From: Rhodospirillaceae bacterium
GTDB lineage: Bacteria > Pseudomonadota > Alphaproteobacteria > Thalassobaculales > Thalassobaculaceae
Direction of reading: 5' to 3'
Assembly (NCBI GenBank): GCA_002709155.1
Contig: PAQA01000060.1
Coordinates: forward strand, 1 to 54,092
Length of the DNA stretch: 54,092 bases
Numbering within the stretch: the first letter of the stretch is position 1; every line of letters starts with the position of its first letter. Made by a program: the position numbers and the translations under genes. Below, piece by piece: positions 48,161-54,092 of this stretch. Below the pieces are notes generated by a model. The model was not told where the DNA came from, searched no databases, and was given only the letters and a program-made list of their open reading frames with translations.

Positions 48161-49552
48161 ATGAAAAAAATTCTTTCTGCGATTTTAGCAGCTGACATGT
48201 TCGGTTACAGCCGCTTGATGGAAAACGGTGAAATCGATGTAATCACTCGCCAAAGCCAATATCTCAAAGATATCATCCAACCTGAAATCTTAAATAGAAA
48301 TGGGACTTTAATTAAAACTACTGGGGACGGTTTTTTAGCTATCTTCAATACTGTTCAAGAGTCTGTTGAAAGTGCCATCGCCATCCAAACCCGTATGATT
48401 TTGATGGAAGAACCGCTGCCCCATGATCAGAAAATACAATACAGACTGGGGATAAATGCAGGAGATTTAATTCTCAACGATAATGATATTTTTGGCGATA
48501 GTGTAAACATCGCCGCAAGGTTAGAGGGGCTATCTGTGCCTGACGGTATTTGCTTGAGTGATATTATCTATCAGCTCATTAATGATGATACAAAGAACTT
48601 ATTTGAAGATTTAGGTTCGCAGCGGGTTAAGAATATATCTCGGCCTATCAAGGTATGGCAATGGGACCCGAGATCTCAGAAAGTAGAAAGAAAGAAAAGC
48701 TCAGAGGAATTGCAACAGCAAGTTCAATTTTGCCTTTCTGAAGATGATGCCCAGATTGCTTTCGCTCGAGTTGGAACAGGAGCAACAATCCTGAAGGCCC
48801 CAAACTGGTTAAATCATATAGAGTATGAATGGCGAAGTCCTATCTGGGGCCCGCTTCTAAATAAGATCGCCACCCAACACGAACTAATAAGGTTCGATCA
48901 GAGAGGAGGTGGTTTATCCGATTGGGATGTTTCAAAAATTTCGGAAGATAGGATGATTTCGGATATGATCAATGTGGTGCATGCTGCAGGTCTAGAGAGA
49001 TTCACACTACTTGGTATCTCTCAGGGTTGCGCTTTCTCAATAAGATACGCATTCGAAAACCCAGAAAAAGTAAATGGTCTAATTTTATTTGGAGGTTATG
49101 TGCGCGGTCGCTTGATGCGTAATTCAGAAGAATCAAAAATTCTACATGAAACTGCACAAAGCCTTATTGCTGCGGGATGGGGATCTAATAATCCCGCATT
49201 TCGGACTTTTTTCACCTCTTCGTTTATACCAGATGCTACAGTCCAGCAGGCGAGCAGTTTTGATGAACTACAAAGAGTATCAACCAGTGCCAAAAACGGG
49301 GCGCGAATTCAACAAATGAATGCAACTGTAGATGTAAGTGAGTTAGCCAAGCAGTTGAAAATCCCATGTTTGGTATTGCATTGTGAGGGAGATCAAATCA
49401 CTCCACATGACGAGGGCCGAAGAATGGCTGCATTAATTCCAGGCTCTCAGTTTGTGACATTAGAGGGTAACAATCACGCTCTAATAGAAAGTACCCCCGC
49501 CTTTGACAAATTTGTGTTAGAGGTAACAAATTTTGTGAAAGGTCTATCCTGA
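48161..49552 (+). CDS. Class III adenylate/guanylate cyclase domain fused to a C-terminal alpha/beta-hydrolase domain
   Basis: N-terminal region has AILAADMFGYS, KTTGDGFLAIF and GDSVNIAARLEG. C-terminal region has LLGISQGC (nucleophile elbow) and a distal ..NHAL.. motif. Confidence 0.8.
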   Translation: MKKILSAILAADMFGYSRLMENGEIDVITRQSQYLKDIIQPEILNRNGTLIKTTGDGFLAIFNTVQESVESAIAIQTRMILMEEPLPHDQKIQYRLGINAGDLILNDNDIFGDSVNIAARLEGLSVPDGICLSDIIYQLINDDTKNLFEDLGSQRVKNISRPIKVWQWDPRSQKVERKKSSEELQQQVQFCLSEDDAQIAFARVGTGATILKAPNWLNHIEYEWRSPIWGPLLNKIATQHELIRFDQRGGGLSDWDVSKISEDRMISDMINVVHAAGLERFTLLGISQGCAFSIRYAFENPEKVNGLILFGGYVRGRLMRNSEESKILHETAQSLIAAGWGSNNPAFRTFFTSSFIPDATVQQASSFDELQRVSTSAKNGARIQQMNATVDVSELAKQLKIPCLVLHCEGDQITPHDEGRRMAALIPGSQFVTLEGNNHALIESTPAFDKFVLEVTNFVKGLS

Positions 49553-49672
49553 ATAATTATTCCAGTAAGTCAAATCTTGTGTGTAAAAAAATGCACCCAA
49601 TGTTAAATTGGAAGTTAAGCGTCGGTTTTGAAACCGGGAAAGTGATTGGAATAGTAATATGGGGAGGTCGTT

Positions 49673-50074
49673 TTGGCGAATATAATAGGAACGTGGGCGT
49701 TAGTTAGAACTGAAGCTGTTGATGCCAATGACAAACCAACTAGCGTAGCCCCTTTTGGTGGCACGAATGTCATCGGAAGAGTCGTGTTTACAAAAGATGG
49801 CCGCATGTCGGCAGCAATTACAGACGCTCGTTCTGAAATTCCAAATGGAGAAACTAGAGAATATTCGTGTTATGCAGGAGCTTATACCCTAGATGGAAAT
49901 ACTCTTAAAACCAAGGTAGACGCCTGTTCTGACCCGGCAAGGATGGGGACGGAACAACAACGCACTGTTTCGTTCGATGGCGAGTTAATGATTTTACAGC
50001 CACCTCTTCGATCTTATGGCGATAATCCTCCAGAACGTCGAACTTTATGGTGGAGAAAAATCTCTGATATTTAA
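49673..50074 (+). CDS. Lipocalin-like-domain small protein
   Basis: IGTWALV... start and YAGAYTLDGNTL pattern. GGGGAGG lies 5 nt upstream of the TTG start. Confidence 0.45.
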   Translation: MANIIGTWALVRTEAVDANDKPTSVAPFGGTNVIGRVVFTKDGRMSAAITDARSEIPNGETREYSCYAGAYTLDGNTLKTKVDACSDPARMGTEQQRTVSFDGELMILQPPLRSYGDNPPERRTLWWRKISDI

Positions 50075-50218
50075 GTCCCTTTCAAGACATTCTTAGAATT
50101 TTATAAAAAAAACGTTAATTTTTAATTTGTTCTTCAAAAAGGCTGTCCAAACAACTTTGGTAAAAATTATTGGCGGGAAGAAGCACGGTATCATCCTTAT
50201 AATCTTTTGGAGGGAAAA

Positions 50219-50599
50219 ATGAATGAAGTTGCTGTAAAGGCCGCTAGGGAAGTGATGAACCGCCATATTGAATCTTTAAACTCGCTAGATGAGGATGGCT
50301 TGGCAAGTACTCTACATTTTCCGCATTACCGTTTAGTTGGAGCCAAATTAGATTGCTGGCAGAGTAAAGAAACCTATCTCACCGACTTTCGAGTGAGGGC
50401 GGGAGATAACTGGGCCCGTTCAGTTTGGAAATCGATTAAAGTAGAGCAATCCAGTCCAGACAAAGTTCATTTTTTAGCTCATATAGTTCGTTACGATAAT
50501 AATAACAAAACTATTGCGGACTTTGAATCACTTTGGGTAATAACTGCGATAGAAGGCAAGTGGGCTGCTCAATTTAGATCCAGCTTTGCATCTGCCTAG
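50219..50599 (+). CDS. NTF2/SnoaL-like fold small protein (tentative)
   Basis: About 126 aa. GGAGG lies 5 nt before the ATG at 50219. Alpha+beta pattern ending in W..TAIEGKWAAQFRS. Confidence 0.35.
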   Translation: MNEVAVKAAREVMNRHIESLNSLDEDGLASTLHFPHYRLVGAKLDCWQSKETYLTDFRVRAGDNWARSVWKSIKVEQSSPDKVHFLAHIVRYDNNNKTIADFESLWVITAIEGKWAAQFRSSFASA

Positions 50600-50745
50600 T
50601 TACTCCACAACGATCTATCAAAAAATTGACGCCGACATTGCCATTAAATGAAGCGCCGCCGTTCGCAAACATTAGCTAAGAAAATGGAAACACATTTGAT
50701 CTAATTTCAGTCTTATTGAACTTAGCACACTTCCATTACATGCTA

Positions 50746-51180
50746 TCAAGATTTAGCACCAGACCGCGCTTTTTCTATAAATCGTTTTAGTACTGACTTG
50801 GAAACGCGAGATAATTGAATACTTTTAATGGCTTCCAAATTATGAAGATCATTCCCAACCACAATCAGGCCTAACATGCCCATGTCCGCATGCGGAGTAC
50901 ATCCATACAGATATACGCCGGGGGATTTAAATGTAACAGAATGAATTTCGTCGATCTCAGAGGTTAGGGGTAAAGAGCTCATGTCAGGACCCGCGAAAAA
51001 CTCTACATTGTGCCCCTCGTTTTTTGGTAACCACTTTATGGTATCTCCAATATTAATATGGGCGACTTCAATGCTGTAAGAGTCATCTTCAGTAAATTCG
51101 ATTTGAATAGTTTCTGCAAAAGCGGCCTTCGCAAGCGTAAGTGACAATATCGTTATGAAAATCTTCAGAAGGTGGTGCAT
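50746..51180 (-). CDS. Pseudoazurin (type-1 blue copper protein) with signal peptide
   Basis: Signal sequence ..LAKAAFA, then GHNVE and CTPHADMGM copper ligands, and a C-terminal helical extension as in pseudoazurins. Confidence 0.9.
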   Translation of the reverse strand: MHHLLKIFITILSLTLAKAAFAETIQIEFTEDDSYSIEVAHINIGDTIKWLPKNEGHNVEFFAGPDMSSLPLTSEIDEIHSVTFKSPGVYLYGCTPHADMGMLGLIVVGNDLHNLEAIKSIQLSRVSKSVLKRFIEKARSGAKS

Positions 51181-51422
51181 TCTTACAATCCTGAATAATG
51201 AGGAAAAGTTATTTTAGACCTAGGTAATTCTATCGCCAAGATATGGAGTCCATTTAAATGTTACATGATTATGACATAGGTCGCTTGATATTAAATACCA
51301 GGGCTCTTGATTTTCATTAAAATATCGTCGTACATTTTATTAAAAATTATCTGCTGTTCTCAAATATTGAAAAATTCTTTATCTTTCGATCAAATGCATT
51401 TTTATTAAAAAGGATCCGTACC

Positions 51423-52208
51423 ATGCCAAGTTTGTCCGTAAACGGCATAAACCTAAACTATCGTTTCGATGGCACTGAAGGTAAGCCTGTATTACTTTTT
51501 TCAAACTCACTCATGTCGAACCTGCACATGTGGGATACACAGATTAGTAAGCTGGAGCCTGATTTTCATATCCTACGGTACGACAGCCGAGGTCATGGAC
51601 AGTCAGATGCGCCAAAAGGCGACTATACCATTGATATGCTGGCTGATGATGCGATTGGTCTGCTCGATGCTTTGGGGATCGAAAAGGCATATTATTGTGG
51701 CTTATCCAAAGGTGGTATGGTTGGTCAAAAACTAGCAACCCGCAATCCAGATCGACTTCATGCCGCAGTTTTCTGCGCGACATCGTCATATATGGGTCCT
51801 GCCAATCTGTGGCAGCAACGCATCGATGCAGCTCAAGCAGGGGGAATGGAAAGCGTCTCAGAAGGCACCTTAGAAAGATGGTTTACTCCTGCTTACCACA
51901 GTTCTCATGCATCGGAAATTGCCAAAATAAGAGAGATGATACACGCCACCCCAGTGGACGGGTTTGCAGGCTGTTGTATTGCTATAAAAGATATGGACCA
52001 ACGAGAAACTATTAAAACTATTGATCTACCTGTTTTGGTAATCGCCGGCGCTGAAGACCCCGGAACCACGCCTGCAATGAATAAATTGATAGCCGATAGT
52101 ATACCTGGCGCGGAATATGTCGAATTACCCAACTCTGCGCATTTTTGTAATGTACAAGCTGCTGATGGTTTCAATAATGCTTTAGCCGACTTTCTTTTAA
52201 AACATTAG
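51423..52208 (+). CDS. pcaD: 3-oxoadipate enol-lactonase-like alpha/beta hydrolase
   Basis: PVLLFSNSLMSNLHMWDTQ, ILRYDSRGHGQSD, GLSKGGMVG and ERWFT closely follow the PcaD pattern. No other pca genes are nearby. Confidence 0.65.
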   Translation: MPSLSVNGINLNYRFDGTEGKPVLLFSNSLMSNLHMWDTQISKLEPDFHILRYDSRGHGQSDAPKGDYTIDMLADDAIGLLDALGIEKAYYCGLSKGGMVGQKLATRNPDRLHAAVFCATSSYMGPANLWQQRIDAAQAGGMESVSEGTLERWFTPAYHSSHASEIAKIREMIHATPVDGFAGCCIAIKDMDQRETIKTIDLPVLVIAGAEDPGTTPAMNKLIADSIPGAEYVELPNSAHFCNVQAADGFNNALADFLLKH

Positions 52209-52332
52209 CCATCTAAAGCCGCATCAATAAGGCGAGAGTGACTGCACAAAGCGCCATCTTAAACCGCATAGAGGATAACCATCAAGGCTCACAAAATTTA
52301 ATAAGTTTCTTGTAAACAAGGAGTAATGAATA

Positions 52333-52635
52333 ATGGCAGGCTTTATTAGCACGGTTAGGTTTTTGGTTAAGGATGGTTGCGTGGATGAATTCATTAAAAC
52401 ACATAATGAACCTGGCGGCATTGATCAGGCTGGAATTGGCTTAAATCAATACTTAATCCGATCTGGGGATAGATCTTTCACGTGGATAGGCATGTTTGAG
52501 TCTGAGAAAGCTATTGCTGAGGTTAGACCACACCTTGTGGAACAATTAGATAAAATACGTGACTTGCTGGAAGAAATATCTCCAGAAATTGGCATCTCAG
52601 ATCCCGCTTCGGGCCCTGTTATTTGGACTAATTAA
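52333..52635 (+). CDS. Small ferredoxin-like (ABM/Dabb-type) protein, paralogue 1
   Basis: 100 aa. AAGGAG lies 9 nt upstream. Clearly paralogous to the next gene. Confidence 0.5.
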   Translation: MAGFISTVRFLVKDGCVDEFIKTHNEPGGIDQAGIGLNQYLIRSGDRSFTWIGMFESEKAIAEVRPHLVEQLDKIRDLLEEISPEIGISDPASGPVIWTN

Positions 52636-52732
52636 GGGGTAATTTTCTGAAGATATGATATTTCTTAAGAGCGTTAAGACCCAGAATGGAAACACTCAAT
52701 CCGCGTTTTAAAGAATTTTTTGGGAGACTTTG

Positions 52733-53035
52733 ATGACACGATTTATAAGTACTGTTCGGTTCTCGGTTAAACAGGACTGTGTTGAGGAGTTCATAAAACG
52801 CGAAAAGGATCTGGACTACTCTGGAATGGCTGAACAAGTCACATTAATAAAAACAGGTGAAAAAACGTTTTGTTGGATAGGCGTATTTGCATCAGAAAAT
52901 TCGATAATAGCCTGTAGACCAAAAATGATTGAACAGTTGAATTCATTAAGGCACACGTTGGAAGAAATTTCCCCCGACCTAGGAGTAACAGACCCTGCTT
53001 CTGGACCAGTCGTTTTTGATTGGAAACCGGACTAG
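52733..53035 (+). CDS. Small ferredoxin-like (ABM/Dabb-type) protein, paralogue 2
   Basis: 100 aa from the ATG at 52733 (GGGAG 6 nt upstream). Shares FISTVRF.VK..CV.EFIK, W.G.F.SE and LEEISP..G..DPASGPV with paralogue 1. Confidence 0.5.
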   Translation: MTRFISTVRFSVKQDCVEEFIKREKDLDYSGMAEQVTLIKTGEKTFCWIGVFASENSIIACRPKMIEQLNSLRHTLEEISPDLGVTDPASGPVVFDWKPD

Positions 53036-53144
53036 TCTAATATTAACCGAATGGAAATCATAAACGGTAAAGCATGAAAGTATAATATTAAAGTGTGGTT
53101 TTATATTCTCTAGTCCCGTTCCCGAAACCAGTTTCATTGCACCA

Positions 53145-53594
53145 CTATACTGTCACGTTTACCTTATAAAGATTATACACTAATCGACCTGTTTCGAGAT
53201 TTACGTTGCCCGCCGCAATCGCTTGGATACCATTCAACCAGGAGTATTTATCACTTCCAGTTTGAAAGGTTGGAGCAGTGGCTATAAGCCCGGTAGCCAT
53301 ATCCCCTCTTCCCTGATATTCGACATAAATGAATGCACCGTCGTCTGTTTTGAGAGTAAAACGCACATCCAGACAACCTATTTTCCCTTCATCTGCAACT
53401 GTTAGCCAATCCGCCGCATCATTTGTTGCTAATGATGCTTTGATTGTGTCACTTTGAAGATCAATCGATACGACATCAACTATAACACGTGGTCCTTTCG
53501 GCCCGCCTCCAACTTCAACCATATCACCGAGTTGCACATGCAAAACCCCCATTGGCTCTATAGTCGCCTGAGGAACTGTTGTCCCATCTCCCAT
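53145..53594 (-). CDS. DUF3237-family protein
   Basis: 149 aa, beta-rich. GGGPKGPRVIVDV..., ..AADWL.. and ..DGAFIYVEYQGR pattern, as remembered for DUF3237/UPF0311. Confidence 0.5.
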   Translation of the reverse strand: MGDGTTVPQATIEPMGVLHVQLGDMVEVGGGPKGPRVIVDVVSIDLQSDTIKASLATNDAADWLTVADEGKIGCLDVRFTLKTDDGAFIYVEYQGRGDMATGLIATAPTFQTGSDKYSWLNGIQAIAAGNVNLETGRLVYNLYKVNVTV

Positions 53595-53665
53595 AATTTT
53601 TTCCTTTATAAACGTTTATTTTTGAGTTTTTTGCAGTACACGAATACAGTTAGATTAACATGTGA

Positions 53666-54092
53666 TTAGATTGGGCAAGTTTCAAATTTTGATGCGCTAG
53701 CCTTCACTTTATCGATTTCACCCACAGCATTTGCAATTTCAGAAATAGTTTTCGCGCTCGCAAACGGTTCGCCATTACACGCATCCCTCAATATTTCAAA
53801 TCCCCCGGTTTCCTCAACCGTCCTCACAGACGTATAAAGGAATATATCTGCATAAGAACATTCTGCCCCAGTCAGAAAAGGCCCAGCTTTTACTTTAACT
53901 AAATGGCGTTCCAGAAATTCGAGGCGGTTTTTATGCAAAGTAGTGAGATTAGCTATAGCTGTCTCTTTCCCCTCACCCGCAAGGCTATCCGTCAAGCGCT
54001 GATTTCGCCAGAACACCTCGTTGTGCCCTGTAATAATGTCATGAAATGGGGATAGAACAAATGAATAGTAATCTTGAACCCAGGCCCAGTAC
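53666..54092 (-). CDS. Glutathione S-transferase-like protein, C-terminal part (5' end off window)
   Basis: The frame is open to the window edge. GST C-terminal helix pattern LERHL....GPFLTG...SYADIFLY. Confidence 0.55.
   Translation of the reverse strand, partial: YWAWVQDYYSFVLSPFHDIITGHNEVFWRNQRLTDSLAGEGKETAIANLTTLHKNRLEFLERHLVKVKAGPFLTGAECSYADIFLYTSVRTVEETGGFEILRDACNGEPFASAKTISEIANAVGEIDKVKASASKFETCPI

Noticed and set aside
1-54092. Scan for CRISPR arrays, rRNA, IS elements, integrases and toxin-antitoxin pairs
   Set aside because: I saw no regularly spaced direct repeats of 24-40 nt, no rRNA-like segments, and no transposase or integrase-like ORFs in any frame of the track. Apart from the 19-bp tandem duplication at 39404-39441, the only repeats found are those at the tRNA-Ser locus.

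Overview
Dense chromosomal window of about 50 CDS and roughly 40-45% GC by eye. Many genes have 1-11 nt overlaps. The gene content looks like a streamlined marine alphaproteobacterium: parC, a bactofilin/M23 pair, fliIJ, soxBDAG, an NAD-type formate dehydrogenase and pseudoazurin. This taxonomic guess is inference only. The main theme is catabolism of methylated amines and cyclic amides. It comprises heterotetrameric sarcosine oxidase, three separate HyuA/HyuB (hydantoinase/oxoprolinase/acetone-carboxylase family) pairs, an M24 creatinase-like protein, a TauD-family dioxygenase, a class-III aminotransferase, a lactonase and a thiolase/DUF35 pair. One five-gene translationally coupled operon (38494-39405 down to 32661-34088, minus strand) has no pathway I recognise: ICL/PEP-mutase-type lyase, HyuB, HyuA, a Cys-less isochorismatase-like protein and a flavoprotein. 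The only clearly accessory stretch is 43.6-48.2 kb, a tRNA-Ser(GCU) recombination hotspot. It holds a perfect 43-nt copy of the tRNA 5' half, the intact tRNA, and a copy of the tRNA 3' end. These bracket two cargo segments with no integrase or transposase. The second segment contains a 42-codon ORF with 13 Cys, below the ORF-track cutoff and hidden in an alternative frame of a listed 68-aa ORF. I consider this ORF the most novel-looking item. I found no CRISPR array, rRNA, integrase, transposase, recognisable defence system or recognisable transcription factor. All functional calls come from reading the translated ORFs against remembered family motifs; no searches were run.
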